A DNA stretch of 64,000 nt from Anaeromyxobacter sp. (GCA_049840735.1 JASGJN010000017.1:256001-320000), one strand, 5' to 3'. Shown: positions 23,113-35,787, counted from the stretch's first letter. Notes: a model not told the origin generated them from the letters alone. Program-made: numbers and translations.

Positions 23113-23912
23113 TCTCGCCGGCCCTCGCGCGGTCCGCTCTCGTGGTTCGACTCCGGGCCGGCCAGCGGGCCGCTCGGCGCGAGCCCGGCCCTACGCTCAC
23201 CACGAACGGAGAGTGAACCCCCGACCCGGCAGGCTCCTGCGTCCGGCTCCTCGTGCGCGCGTCCGTTCGTCCTGAGCGTAGCGCCCGCTCCGCGGGCGCG
23301 GAGTCGAAGGACGGGATCCTCGCCGGCCCTCTCGCGCCTCGCTCTCGTGGTTCGACTCCGGGCCGGCCAGCGGGCCGCTCGGCGCGAGCCCGGCCCTATG
23401 CTCATCACGGACGGAGAGTGAACCACCGACCCGGCAGGCTCCTGCGTCCGGCTCCTCGTGCGCGCGGGCGGTGTCGAGTCGATGGAGGATCGCTCCGCCC
23501 CTCCAACGGTCCGTTCGTCCTGAGCGTAGCGCCCGCCCGGCGGGCGCGGAGTCGAAGGACAGGGATCCTCGCCGGCCCTCTCGCGCCCCCCTCTCGTGGT
23601 TCGACTCCGGGCCGGCCAGCGGGCCGCTCGGCGCGAGCCCGGCCCTACGCTCACCACGAACGGAGAGTGAACCATCGACCCGGACGTGAGCGCGGCCCTA
23701 TGCTCATCACGGACGGAGAGTGAACCACCGACCCGGCAGGCTCCTGCGTCCGGCTCCTCGTGCGCGCGGGCGGTGTCGAGTCGATGGAGGATCGCTCCGC
23801 ACCTCCGACGGTCCGTTCGTCCTGAGCGTAGCGCCCGCCCCGCGGGCGCGGAGTCGAAGGACAGGGATCCTCGCCGGCCCTCTCGCGCCCCCCTCTCGTG
23901 GTTCGGCTCCGG
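23113..23912. repeat. BIME-like tandem array of alternately oriented REP-like palindromes with repeated linkers
   Basis: Forward units near 23142, 23347, 23596 (partials near 23694, 23898); reverse units TCCGTTCGTCCTGAGCGTAG..GGAGTCGAAGGAC near 23262, 23510, 23812; linkers are near-identical between units. Confidence 0.9.
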
Positions 23913-23954
23913 GCTCCGTCGGGCATCCGGTGGTCCCCGCGTTACACTTCCCCC

Positions 23955-24475
23955 GTGCGCGTCGCCCTCGTCTCCGACACCCACGGCCTGGTCGACCCCC
24001 TGCTGGAGGGGCTCTTCCACGGCTGCGAGCGAGTGCTCCACGCGGGCGACATCGTCAAGCCGCCATCCTGGACGTGCTGGCCGCCATCGCGCCGGTGACC
24101 GCGGTGCGCGGCAACAACGACCACGCGCCGTCCTTCTGGAGCCTGCCGGAGACGGCGGTGGTGGAGCTGGGCGCGCTCAGGGCGCTCGTCATCCACGACC
24201 TGGGCGATCGCGGCAAGCCCCACCCGCTCGCCCGCGGCATGATCGCCGCGCAGCGGCCGCAGCTGGTGATCCACGGCCACTCGCACCGGCCGGAGGCGGT
24301 GCGGCTCGACGGGACCCTCTACGTCAACCCAGGCAGCGCCGGCCCGCGCCGGTTCTCGCTGCCCCGCACCGCCGCGCTGCTGGAGGTCGAGCAGCGCCAG
24401 GTGGAGCTGCGCTTCTACGACCTCTCCGGACAGCGGCCCCGCCCCTTCGGCAAGCCGGTGCGCGAGGCGTTCTAG
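23955..24475 (+). CDS. YfcE-like metallophosphoesterase; frameshift near 24060
   Basis: SDTHG, HAGDI, VRGNND, HGHSH, NPGSAGPRR. Confidence 0.88.
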
Positions 24476-24526
24476 ACGGGGCGCCACCTGGCGTCCCGGC
24501 CGCGCCCGGTTACAATCGAAGCCTCG

Positions 24527-25297
24527 ATGTGCCGCCTCTTCGGCCAGCACGCCCACGCCGGCTTCGACGCCACCGAGCCGCTCTGCACGGCGGAGAACGC
24601 GCTCCGGTTCCAGTCGCACAAGCACCCGCACGGCTGGGGGATCGGCTGGTACGTCGGCGGCGCGCCGCACGTCCGGCGCGGCATCCTCCCCGCCCACGCC
24701 GACGACGCCTTCGCCGAGGCCGGGCGCGCCCTCCGCTCCACGGTGGTGCTGGCCCACGTGCGCGAGGCCAGCGTCGGCCCGGTGCTGCACGAGAACACCC
24801 ACCCCTTCTCCCACGACCGCTGGCTCTTCGCGCACAACGGCACCGTGGCCCGCTTCAAGGATCACCCCGAGGTCCGCGCCGCCATCCAGGCCGAGATCGA
24901 CCCCGACCTCCGCCTCTCCATCCGCGGCGACACCGACAGCGAGCGCTGCTTCTTCCTCTTCCTCACCCGGCTGCGCGCCCACGCCAGCCTCGCCGCCGCC
25001 ACGCTTGCCGACGTCCGGCGGGCGCTGCGCGAGACCACCGCGGCGGTGCTGGGGATCGCCGATGCGGTCCCGGTGCCCAAGCCGTCGTCGCTCAACTTCC
25101 TGGTCTCCGACGGCCGGCTGCTGGCCGCCTGCCGCCGCGGGCGGACGCTCCACGCCGCCGCCGACACCGGCCCGCGCCACGCGTTCGTGGTGGCCAGCGA
25201 GCGCATCGGCCGGGCCGGCTGGGGCGAGGTGCCGGAGGGCGGCTTCGTCGGCACCGAGGACGGGACGCGCATCGTGGAGGACCTGCTGGAGGCCTGA
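24527..25297 (+). CDS. Class II (Ntn) glutamine amidotransferase, YafJ/EgtC-like
   Basis: MCRLFG N-terminal Cys, HPHGWG, HVR, NTHPF, HNG, TDSE. Confidence 0.92.
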   Translation: MCRLFGQHAHAGFDATEPLCTAENALRFQSHKHPHGWGIGWYVGGAPHVRRGILPAHADDAFAEAGRALRSTVVLAHVREASVGPVLHENTHPFSHDRWLFAHNGTVARFKDHPEVRAAIQAEIDPDLRLSIRGDTDSERCFFLFLTRLRAHASLAAATLADVRRALRETTAAVLGIADAVPVPKPSSLNFLVSDGRLLAACRRGRTLHAAADTGPRHAFVVASERIGRAGWGEVPEGGFVGTEDGTRIVEDLLEA

Positions 25298-25316
25298 GAC
25301 CGGCCTGGCCCGCGGG

Positions 25317-25796
25317 TCACCGCCCCAGCAGCGCCCGCGCCAGCGCCGCGTGGCGCTCGCCCGTCCCCTCGACCGCCAGGTGCCGGACCGACGGCTTCAC
25401 GGGATCGTGCTCCAGCCTGAGCGTCAGCCGCTCCACCGGCAACGCCCCGGGCGCGCGATCGGCCCACTCCACCAGCGCCGCGCCGTCGCCGCCCACCAGG
25501 TCGTCGAACCCGGTGGCGTAGAGCTCGTCCTCGTCGCCGATGCGGTACAGGTCGGCGTGGTGGACGGGCAGCCGCCCGCCGTAGGTCGCCACGATGGCGA
25601 AGGTCGGGCTGGAGACCTCCGCCGCGGGCACCTCCGCCCCGGCGCAGATTCCCCGCACCAGCTCGGTCTTGCCCGCGCCCAGGTCGCCCACCAGCGCCAC
25701 CACGTCGCCGGGGCGGAGCAGCGCGCCCAGCCGCCGGCCCAGCGCGCGGGTGGCCGCGGCCGACCGCGTGGTCCGGCGCCCCTCGACCCGCTCCAT
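25317..25796 (-). CDS. tsaE: tRNA threonylcarbamoyladenosine biosynthesis ATPase
   Basis: GDLGAGKT, SSPTF, HADLYR, VEWA. Confidence 0.95.
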   Translation of the reverse strand: MERVEGRRTTRSAAATRALGRRLGALLRPGDVVALVGDLGAGKTELVRGICAGAEVPAAEVSSPTFAIVATYGGRLPVHHADLYRIGDEDELYATGFDDLVGGDGAALVEWADRAPGALPVERLTLRLEHDPVKPSVRHLAVEGTGERHAALARALLGR

Positions 25797-27343
25797 CAGC
25801 GGCCCCACTCCGCCCAGACCTCGCCGATGGCCTGGCCCAGGTCGCCGGCCACCAGGCCGCGCTGCCCCAACCGCGCCGCCACCAGGTCGCCGGCGCGGCC
25901 ATGCACCCAGGCCGCCACCCGCGCAGCCGCCGGCGCCTCCAGGCCGCTCGCCAGCAGCGCGCCGCACAGCCCGGCCAGCACGTCGCCGGTGCCGCCGGTG
26001 GCCAGCCCGGGGTTGCCGGTGGGGATCACCGCGGCCGGGCCGGTCGCGCCGGCCACCACGGTCCGCGCGCCCTTCAGGACCACGGTCACGCCCCAGGCGC
26101 GCGCCTTGGCGACCGCCAGGCCGATGCGGTCGGCCTCCACGCCCGCCACGTCGGTCTGGCAGAGCCGCGCCATCTCGCCGGGGTGCGGGGTGACCACCAC
26201 CGGCGGCCCCAGCCAGACCGCGCCGGACGGGTGCTCGGCCAGCGCGTTGAGCGCGTCGGCGTCCAGTACCGCGGGGATGCCGGCGCGCGCCAGCAGCTCG
26301 CGCAGCACCGCGCCGGTGGCCGGGCCGCGCGGGATGCCCGGGCCGATGACCAGCGCGTCCTGGCCGCGCGCCGCGGCCAGCAGCGCCGCCAGGTCGGGCG
26401 GGCCGATGGGCCCCTGCCCCTCCAGCGCCACGCTCATGGCCTCCGGCCGGCCGGCCAGCGCCAGCGGCAGCACCTCCGGCCGCGCCGCCAGCGTCACGAG
26501 CCCGGCGCCGCCGCGCAGCGCGCCGGTGAGCGCCAGGTGGGCCGCGCCGGTCTTGCCGGGCGAGCCGGCCACCACCAGCAGCCGCCCCGCGTCCCCCTTG
26601 TGCGCGTCCGGCCGGCGCGGCGGCACCAGCGCCCGCGCCAGCTCGGCGGTGAGCAGCTCGGCCTCCACCGCCACCACCGCCGCGGCCGCCGGCGGGATGC
26701 CGATGTCGGCCACGCTCACCTCGCCGGCCAGCGCCGCGCCGGGCTGGATCACCAGGCCGCGCTTCTGGAAGGCGAAGGTGACCGTACGGTCGGCCTGCAC
26801 GCAGCGCCCCATGGGCCGGCCGGTGTCGGCGGAGAGCCCGGAGGGCACGTCCACCGCCAGCACCTTCGCGCCGGAGCGACGGGCGCCGTCGATGGCGGCG
26901 ATGGCCCGCTCGAAGAGCCCCTCCGGCGCGCGCGACAGGCCGGTGCCGAAGATGGCGTCCACCACCACGTCGCCCGGCGCCGCGCCCAGCGCCAGCGGGG
27001 AGGGCTCCTCCGGCGCCGCCGCCGCGTCCTCCACCGGAACCCCGGACGCGACCGCCTGGGACCGGACCACGCCGGCGTCGCCCGTCAGCCGCTCGGCCGG
27101 GACCAGCGCCAGCACCGCCACGTCCCGCCCGGACTGGCGCAGCAGGCGGGCCGCGACGTAGCCGTCCCCGCCGTTGTTGCCGCCGCCGCAGACCACGCGG
27201 ATCCGGCCGTCCGGACCGGCCAGCGCCGCCGCCGCCGCGGCCACCGCCCCGCCCGCCCGCTCCATCAGGACCAGCGAGGGGATCCCGCCGGCGATGGCGG
27301 CCCGGTCGATGGCCCGCATGTCCGCAGCACCCACCAGCCTCAT
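25796..27343 (-). CDS. nnr: Bifunctional NAD(P)H-hydrate epimerase/dehydratase
   Basis: LMERAG, GNNGGDG, DAIFGTG, DVPSG, HKG, DADALN, TPHPGE, GGTGDVLAG. Confidence 0.95.
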   Translation of the reverse strand: MRLVGAADMRAIDRAAIAGGIPSLVLMERAGGAVAAAAAALAGPDGRIRVVCGGGNNGGDGYVAARLLRQSGRDVAVLALVPAERLTGDAGVVRSQAVASGVPVEDAAAAPEEPSPLALGAAPGDVVVDAIFGTGLSRAPEGLFERAIAAIDGARRSGAKVLAVDVPSGLSADTGRPMGRCVQADRTVTFAFQKRGLVIQPGAALAGEVSVADIGIPPAAAAVVAVEAELLTAELARALVPPRRPDAHKGDAGRLLVVAGSPGKTGAAHLALTGALRGGAGLVTLAARPEVLPLALAGRPEAMSVALEGQGPIGPPDLAALLAAARGQDALVIGPGIPRGPATGAVLRELLARAGIPAVLDADALNALAEHPSGAVWLGPPVVVTPHPGEMARLCQTDVAGVEADRIGLAVAKARAWGVTVVLKGARTVVAGATGPAAVIPTGNPGLATGGTGDVLAGLCGALLASGLEAPAAARVAAWVHGRAGDLVAARLGQRGLVAGDLGQAIGEVWAEWGR

Positions 27344-27407
27344 GGCTCCCTCCGTCGGCGCGAGGCGGCTGGCCGTCAGGCGACCGCGCGGGCCGCCCGG
27401 CCGCGCC

Positions 27408-28139
27408 TCACGGCCGCGCCTGGCGCAGCAGCTCCTTCATCTCGCGGACGGCGCGCTCGAACCCCACCAGCACGGCGCGGCCCACGATGGCGTGGCCGAT
27501 GTTCAGCTCCTCCATCTCCGGGATGGCGGCCACCGGCAGCACGTTCTGGTAGTTGAGCCCGTGGCCGCCCGCGACCGTCAGGCCCAGCTTCGCCGCCGCC
27601 TTGCAGGCGTCCACCAGCCGCCCCAGCTCGCGCCGGCGGTCGCTGGCCAGGCGCGCGTCGCAGTAGCGGCCGGTGTGGAACTCCACCGTGCCCGCCTCGG
27701 CGCGGTGCGCCGCCTTCACCTGGTCGAGGTCCGGGTCGATGAAGAGCGAGACGTCGATCTCGGCGTCGCGCAGCGTCTTGACCGCCTTGCGCACCGCCTC
27801 GCGCCCGCCCACCACGTCCAGGCCGCCCTCGGTGGTCAGCTCCTCGCGCCGCTCCGGCACCAGGGTGACCATGTCCGGCTTGGCCTCGTAGGCGATCCGG
27901 ACCATCTCCTGGGTGGCCGCCATCTCGAGGTTGAGCCGCGTGGTGACGGTCTTGCGCATCACCTGCAGGTCGCGGTCCTGGATGTGCCGGCGATCCTCGC
28001 GCAGGTGGATGGTGATCTGGTCGGCGCCGGCCATCTCGGCCAGCATGGCGGCCGCGACCGGGTCCGGGTACACGGTGCGCCGCGACTGGCGCAGCGTGGC
28101 CACGTGATCGACGTTCACTCCGAGGCGTGAAGGAGGCAT
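27408..28139 (-). CDS. pdxJ: Pyridoxine 5'-phosphate synthase
   Basis: [34 protein letters not shown]. Confidence 0.98.
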   Translation of the reverse strand: MPPSRLGVNVDHVATLRQSRRTVYPDPVAAAMLAEMAGADQITIHLREDRRHIQDRDLQVMRKTVTTRLNLEMAATQEMVRIAYEAKPDMVTLVPERREELTTEGGLDVVGGREAVRKAVKTLRDAEIDVSLFIDPDLDQVKAAHRAEAGTVEFHTGRYCDARLASDRRRELGRLVDACKAAAKLGLTVAGGHGLNYQNVLPVAAIPEMEELNIGHAIVGRAVLVGFERAVREMKELLRQARP

Positions 28140-28199
28140 GTCCGGGAGAATCTAACCCGGATCGGCCCGCGCGGCGCCGGAAAGAGGGTGCGCGGCCGC

Positions 28200-29671
28200 C
28201 TACGCCAGCGCCTTCCGCAGCGCCTCGGCAATCTCGCCGGCGTGCGCCCGGATCCGCTTGTCGTCCGGCCCTTCCACCAGCACCCGGACCTTGTTCTCCG
28301 TCCCGGAGAAGCGGACCAGCACCCGCCCCTCCTTGCCCAGCGCCTTCTCGGCGGCCCCGATGGCCTTGCCCACCGCGGGGAGCTCGGCGATGGGGCGCTT
28401 CTGCTTCACGTCCACGTTGATCAGCGCCTGCGGGAAGGCGTCGAAGCAGCGGGCCAGCTCGGAGAGCGGGCGCCCCGTCCGCCGCATCACCGCCAGCACG
28501 TTGAGCGCCGCCGCCGCCCCGTCGCCGGTGGTGACGTGATCCAGGAAGATCAGGTGGCCGGACTGCTCGCCGCCGAAGTTGTAGCCATTGCGGCGCATCT
28601 CCTCGACCACGTACCGGTCGCCCACGGCGGTCCGGACCACCTTGCCCCCCTGGCTCGCCAGCGCCTTCTCCAGCCCCAGGTTGGACATCACGGTGGCCAC
28701 CACCGTCTTCTTGTTGAGCGCCTTGCGCCGCAGCATGTCGCCGCCCACCAGCGCCATGATGGCGTCGCCGTCCACGATGCGGCCGGTCTCGTCGGCCAGG
28801 ATCACCCGGTCGGCGTCGCCGTCCAGCGCCAGCCCCAGGTGCGCGCCGTGCTTCTTGATGGCCTTGGCCATGGCCTCGGGGTGGACCGCGCCGCAGCCGT
28901 CGTTGATGTTGGTGCCGTCGGGCTTCACGCCATGGGCACCACCTTGGCGCCCAGCTCCTCGAAGACCGCCGGGGCGACGTGGTAGGCGGCGCCGTGGGCG
29001 CAGTCCACCACCACCGTGAGCCCATCCAGCGTGAGCTCGCGCGGGAAGAGGCTCTTCAGGAACTGGGCGTAGCGGCCGATGGCGTCGTCGATGCGCTTGG
29101 CCTTGCCGATGCGCGTGGCGGTGGGGCGCAGCGCGCGGAAGTCCTCGGCCCCGGCGTCGTCCTCCGCGCCGCCCAGCACCAGCCGCTCGATCTGGGCCTC
29201 GACGTCGTCCGGCAGCTTGAAGCCGTCGCGCGAGAAGAACTTGATGCCGTTGTCCTGGTACGGGTTGTGGCTGGCGCTGATCACGACGCCGGCGTCGGCC
29301 CGCATGGACTCGGTCACGAAGGCGATGCCCGGCGTGGGCAGCGGCCCGCAGAGCATCACGTCGACGCCCATGGAGCAGATGCCCGAGGCGATGGCCTGCT
29401 CGAGCATGTAGCCGGAGAGCCGCGTGTCCTTGCCGATGACGATGCGGTGGCGGTGCGGGCCGTTGCGCATCAGGTAGGCCAGCGCGCGCCCAAGCTGCAG
29501 CGCCATCTCGGCGGTCATGGGGTGGACGTTGGCCACGCCGCGCACGCCGTCGGTGCCGAAGAGACGCCGCGCCGGCGCGGCCGCCGGGGGCGCCACCGCG
29601 GTGTTTCGGGCGGCGGCGGGGCGGGCGGCCCCGTTCATGTGGTCCTGGCCCCTGGTCGCGCGGCTGGTCAT
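28200..29671 (-). CDS. glmM: Phosphoglucosamine mutase; frameshift near 28930
   Basis: [33 protein letters not shown] across two frames. Confidence 0.93.
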
Positions 29672-30066
29672 GGCTGCTCCCCCTGCTCTGGCTGTGAAGG
29701 CGTCCCGGAAGGACGGGCGGTGGCGCGGAGCTCGAGGGTCCCCTGCGCCGGGTGGATCGAGTCGATCCGGAGGCCGTGCGGGACGCTGAGCTTCTCGGCC
29801 AGAACGTACCACGTGGCGGTCCCGCGCGCCCCGGGTGAGAGGGCCACCTCGGCCGTCCCGAGCGCCGCGGCGTCGAGCCGGCGCAGCCGGGCCCAGGGGC
29901 CGGAGACGGTCACGTTCACCACCGACGGCAGCCGGCCGGCCGACGCTCCGGCGGCCAGCGGCACCTGGTAGGTCAGGGTGGTCCGCTTCTCGCCGTGGAC
30001 CACCACCACCAGCGCCACCGCCGCGGCCAGGGAGATGGCGCGCAGGGCCAGGTCAGACCGCGGCAT
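29668..30066 (-). CDS. Short YbbR/CdaR-like protein
   Basis: N-terminal TM helix, VNVTVSGP and IDSIHPA motifs; lies between cdaA and glmM. Confidence 0.7.
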   Translation of the reverse strand: MPRSDLALRAISLAAAVALVVVVHGEKRTTLTYQVPLAAGASAGRLPSVVNVTVSGPWARLRRLDAAALGTAEVALSPGARGTATWYVLAEKLSVPHGLRIDSIHPAQGTLELRATARPSGTPSQPEQGEQP

Positions 30067-30896
30067 GGGGCTCCTCCCGGGGAGGCGCGGCCGGCGCCGC
30101 CGTGCCCGGACGGCCCAGCGCCCCGCGCAGCAGCGCGCGCAGCGCGGCCGGATCCAGGTGCCGGTGCAGCTCCCCGTCCAGCGCCACGCTGAATCTCGCC
30201 GCGCTCCTCCGACACCACCACCACCGCGGCGTCCAGCTCCTCGCACAGCCCCAGCGCGGCGCGGTGGCGGGTGCCCAGGCCGTGCGGCACGGCCGACGAG
30301 AGCGGCAGCACGCAGCCGGCCGCCCGCACCCGCCCGGCCCGCACCACCGCCGCGCCGTCGTGCAGCGGCCCCTGGGGCTGGAACAGCGCCAGCAAGAGCT
30401 CGGGGCTCAGCGCCGCGTCCAGGCGCAGCCCGGACTCGACCACCTCGGTGAGGTCGGCGGTGCGCTCGATCACCACCAGCGCCCCGTGGTGGCGCGCGGC
30501 CAGCGCCGAGGCGGCCTGCACCACCGGCTCGACCTGCCCCAGGATGGCCGCCCGGTCGTCGCGCGCCAGCAGCGCCAGCAGCCGCGAGCTGCGCCCCAGC
30601 TCGGCCAGGGCGCGGCGGATGTCGGCCTGGAACAGCACGATCACGCCGAAGAAGAAGGAGTAGGTCAGGAAGTGGCCGAGCAGCCAGGTGAGGGTCTCGA
30701 GCCCGGCCCACTGCGCGCCCAGGTAGCCCACCCCGACCAGCAAGAGCCCCAGCAGCACCGCCACCGCGCGGGTGCCGCGGATGAGGCGGAGCACGCGGTA
30801 GCAGAGGAAGCCCACCAGCGCCACGTCCAGCAGCGCCAGGAACGCGTCGCCGGGCGAGGTGTCCGGACCGAGCAGGTAGACGAGGACGCGATGCAC
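30053..30896 (-). CDS. cdaA: Membrane diadenylate cyclase; frameshift near 30190
   Basis: Three TM helices, IRGTRA, FQADIRRAL, PLHDGA, GTRHRAA, VVSEERG. Confidence 0.92.
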
Positions 30897-30914
30897 GCCG
30901 AGGCCCTTCGCAGT

Positions 30915-31766
30915 CTAGGGCGCGCCGCGCCCGGTGGCCGCGTCCCGGATCGCGGCGGCGACCCGGGCGGCCTGCCGCGCGGGACCCACGTCGTGGACGC
31001 GGAGCACCTCTACACCCGCCAGCACGCAGGCCGCCACTGCCGCGAGCGTGCCGGGCAGCCGATCCTCCACGGGTGCGCCCGTGAGCGCGCCGATGAAGCT
31101 CTTGCGCGACGGGCCGACCAGCAGCGGGCAACCCGGTGCGCGCAGGGCGTCGAGGTGGGCCAGCAGCGCCACGCTCTGGGCCGGGGTCTTGGCGAAGCCG
31201 ATGCCCGGATCGAGGATCACCCGATCCACCGGGATCCCGGCCGAGACCGCGCGCGCCACCACGCCGGCCAGCTCGGCCGCCACCTCCCCCACCACGTCGC
31301 CGTAGACGGCCCGCTGCGCCATCTCGGCCGGCGTCCCGCGGGTGTGCATCAGGACGGCCGGCGCTCCCGCGTCGGCGATCACCTCCGCCAGGGCCAGGTC
31401 GGCCAGCCCGCTGACGTCGTTCACCAGGTCGGCGCCGGCCGCCAGCGCCGCCCGCGCCACCGCCGGCTTGGTGGTGTCCACCGAGATGGGCGCGGTGAAG
31501 CCGGTGGCGCGCAGCCGCTCGACCACCGGCACCACGCGGCGCAGCTCCTCCTCCACCGGCACCGGCGCCGAGCCCGGGCGCGTGGACTCGCCGCCCAGGT
31601 CGACCAGGTCGGCCCCCTCCTCCACCAGCCGGCGGGCGTGGTCCGCCGCCGCCTCGGTGGCCAGGAAGCGGCCGCCGTCGGAGAAGGAGTCCGGCGTCGC
31701 GTTCACGACGCCCATGAGGAAGGGGCCAGGCCCCTCGAAGAGCCTGGCCCCGATCCGGAGACGCAT
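30915..31766 (-). CDS. folP: Dihydropteroate synthase
   Basis: NATPDSFSDGG, GGESTRPG, DPGIGFAK, SRKSF, RVHDV. Confidence 0.97.
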   Translation of the reverse strand: MRLRIGARLFEGPGPFLMGVVNATPDSFSDGGRFLATEAAADHARRLVEEGADLVDLGGESTRPGSAPVPVEEELRRVVPVVERLRATGFTAPISVDTTKPAVARAALAAGADLVNDVSGLADLALAEVIADAGAPAVLMHTRGTPAEMAQRAVYGDVVGEVAAELAGVVARAVSAGIPVDRVILDPGIGFAKTPAQSVALLAHLDALRAPGCPLLVGPSRKSFIGALTGAPVEDRLPGTLAAVAACVLAGVEVLRVHDVGPARQAARVAAAIRDAATGRGAP

Positions 31767-31769
31767 CGA

Positions 31770-33683
<1,914 letters not shown>

Positions 33684-33850
33684 GGCTCGATATCCCCTTC
33701 CGTTGGTGCGTCGATCGAACCCAACCGCCGGGAGCGTCGGTGTGTTCCACCTCCGACCCCGGGCGGCCGGACGAACGCCCGCGCCAATGCCGGCTTATAA
33801 CAGCACCCGCCCCCCTTTGCAGTGATTGCCGCCGCCCCGCCAGCAGGGGT

Positions 33851-35149
33851 TCAGCGGCCCTCGGCCGGCTCCAGCCGGACCTCCAGCCCCCCCGCCGCGC
33901 CCGCCACGCCGCGCACGCCCAGCTCAGGGATGGCGAGCACCTCCGCGCCGCAGGTCAGCAGCACCAGCCCGTCCCGCCGCTCCCGCGGGACCTTGCGGTC
34001 GATGAGCCAGGCCTTGAGGGGCTTTGAGCCATTTCCCCCTTCGGGACGGATCCGATCGCCCGGCCGCCGGCTCCGCAGCTCCAGCGGCCACGCTACCCGA
34101 TCGGGGTGCTCGGCCTGCACGCGCGCCACCTCGCCGCGGCCAGCCAGGGGGTAGCGCCCTGGCCCCGGGACCCCGGTGGGCGGCAGCGGCGCGGCACCCG
34201 GCGCCTCCGGCGCAAGCTCCAGCAGGCCGTAGCGGCAGCGCGCCACCACGCCGCCCGGAAGCGCGAGCGCGCGCGGCCGGCGGCTGCGGAGCAGCCTCAG
34301 CACGCGCTCGACGTGCTCCGCCGACAGCTCGCCCCCGCGGCGTGCGCGGCGCCAGAGCGCCCGCACCGTGCGGCGCCGCACCGCCACCGGCTGGGCCCGC
34401 ACCGCCTCCACCGCCACCGCGCCGCCCGCCACCCGCCCGGCGCGGGCCAGCGCCCGCTCGTCGTCGCGGAGCAGATTGGCGGCGCGGGCCAGCGCGCGCT
34501 CGTGCGCCGGCGCCAGCTCGGCCAGCAGCGGCAGCAGCCGCTGGCGAAGCCGGTTGCGCGCGAAGCGCGGGGTGGCGTTGGACGGGTCCTCGCACCAGCC
34601 GAGCCCGAGGGATTGCAGCCAGGCGAGCCCCTCGGCGCGGGAGCGATCGATGAGCGGCCGGATGATGGCCCCGCGCCGCGGCGGAATGCCGGCCAGGCCG
34701 CGCGCCCCCGCGCCGCGCAGCAGGCGCAGCAGCACCGTCTCCGCCTGGTCGCTGCGCGTGTGACCGGTGGCGATGCGCGCGAGCCCGTGGCGCAGCGCCG
34801 CCTCGCGCAGCGCCGCGTACCGCGCGCGCCTGGCCTGCGCCTGCACGTTGCCCGGCGCGACCCGCACCGCGATCACCTCCAGCGGCACGCCCAGCCGCGC
34901 GCACGCCGCCTCGGCCGCCGCGCGGTCGGCGGCGGCGGGGCGGAGCCCGTGGTCCACGTGGAGCGCCCGCAGCGCGCCCAGCTCCCCGGCGTCGCGGAGC
35001 GCCGCCAGCGCGGCCAGCAGCGCGGTGGAGTCGGCGCCACCGGAGAGCGCCACCAGCACCCCCTGGCCTGGCCCGGCCAGCCGGCGGCGCCGGAGGGTGG
35101 CCAGGACGGCGGCCGGATATGGGCCAAGGGTGGGAGTTCGCACGGGCAA
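33851..35149 (-). CDS. tilS: tRNA(Ile)-lysidine synthase
   Basis: SGGADS, VDHGLR, GHTRSDQAET, IRPL, DPSN..RNRLR. Confidence 0.94.
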   Translation of the reverse strand: MPVRTPTLGPYPAAVLATLRRRRLAGPGQGVLVALSGGADSTALLAALAALRDAGELGALRALHVDHGLRPAAADRAAAEAACARLGVPLEVIAVRVAPGNVQAQARRARYAALREAALRHGLARIATGHTRSDQAETVLLRLLRGAGARGLAGIPPRRGAIIRPLIDRSRAEGLAWLQSLGLGWCEDPSNATPRFARNRLRQRLLPLLAELAPAHERALARAANLLRDDERALARAGRVAGGAVAVEAVRAQPVAVRRRTVRALWRRARRGGELSAEHVERVLRLLRSRRPRALALPGGVVARCRYGLLELAPEAPGAAPLPPTGVPGPGRYPLAGRGEVARVQAEHPDRVAWPLELRSRRPGDRIRPEGGNGSKPLKAWLIDRKVPRERRDGLVLLTCGAEVLAIPELGVRGVAGAAGGLEVRLEPAEGR

Positions 35150-35345
35150 GCGGCGCCGGAGGGCGGCCTTTATACTAGCCGCGCGCGGTGCACGGTCGCT
35201 CCGGTGGGAATGGAGACCGATCCGCGGGGGTTGGCAGAGGCGAAGGACGGGAGGGCCCGGCTCAGCATTGTGGGGTAACCCGAAAGGGAATGAGCACTTG
35301 GGTTCCCTTGTTGACGCTGGCAGGTGTCACGACAACTTTGAAGCG

Positions 35346-35419
35346 CTGGGCCTAGGGGTCCCCCCCCTCCCCCTCTGGGCCCACGGAGAGCCGGCAGCAA
35401 TGCCGGCTCTCCTCTTTTT
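35346..35419 (+). ncRNA. Candidate small RNA: C-rich-loop hairpin plus intrinsic terminator
   Basis: TGGGCCTAGGGG-TC8TC-CCCCTCTGGGCCCA, then GGAGAGCCGGCA-GCAA-TGCCGGCTCTCC-TCTTTTT; TTGACG at 35311; no credible plus-strand gene ends here. Confidence 0.55.
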
Positions 35420-35510
35420 CCCGCGGGCGCAGGTGACCCAACACGCCCCGGATCGATCGGCCTTTCACTGGGGGCGAAGAAGAAGCCTCACCCTTCGGTC
35501 GCAAGTCATC

Positions 35511-35540
35511 TTGACCGCGGGAACGTTCCCAGCGTACAAA
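35511..35540 (+). promoter_or_regulatory. Sigma-70-like promoter of cdbA with a palindrome in the spacer
   Basis: TTGACC-N18-TACAAA; GGGAACGTTCCC at 35519-35530. Confidence 0.5.
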
Positions 35541-35571
35541 GCCCTCGGATTTCCCACACCACGGAGCTGTG

Positions 35572-35787
35572 ATGCCCGGCACCGACAAGCGTAAGCAGTC
35601 GCTGTACTTCCCCGAGGACATGCTGAACGAGATCCAGGCCGAGGCCAACCGGCAGGACCGGTCGCTCTCCTGGATTGTCCAGCAGGCCTGGCGGATCGCG
35701 CGCGGCGAGATCATGCGCTTCCCGAGCGTGAACGACGTGCTGTCCGGCGTCGCCCGCGAGGACGAGCGCGAGGAGAAGGGCACCTAG
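35572..35787 (+). CDS. cdbA: CdbA-like ribbon-helix-helix nucleoid-associated, c-di-GMP-binding protein (TIGR04563 family)
   Basis: TDKRKQSLYFPEDML.EI..EA.RQDRSLSW.VQQAW matches the Myxococcus family; adjacent to tilS-ftsH. Confidence 0.88.
   Translation: MPGTDKRKQSLYFPEDMLNEIQAEANRQDRSLSWIVQQAWRIARGEIMRFPSVNDVLSGVAREDEREEKGT

Noticed and set aside
23113..23912. CRISPR array
   Set aside because: Units alternate in orientation, linkers are repeated rather than unique, periods exceed 200 bp and no cas genes are present.
22752..24041. ORFs spanning the repeat array
   Set aside because: They are translations of stop-poor palindromic DNA with no protein motifs.
28920..28935. Selenocysteine or programmed recoding at the TGA in glmM
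   Set aside because: The downstream half is in another frame; one missing G restores MGVKP.
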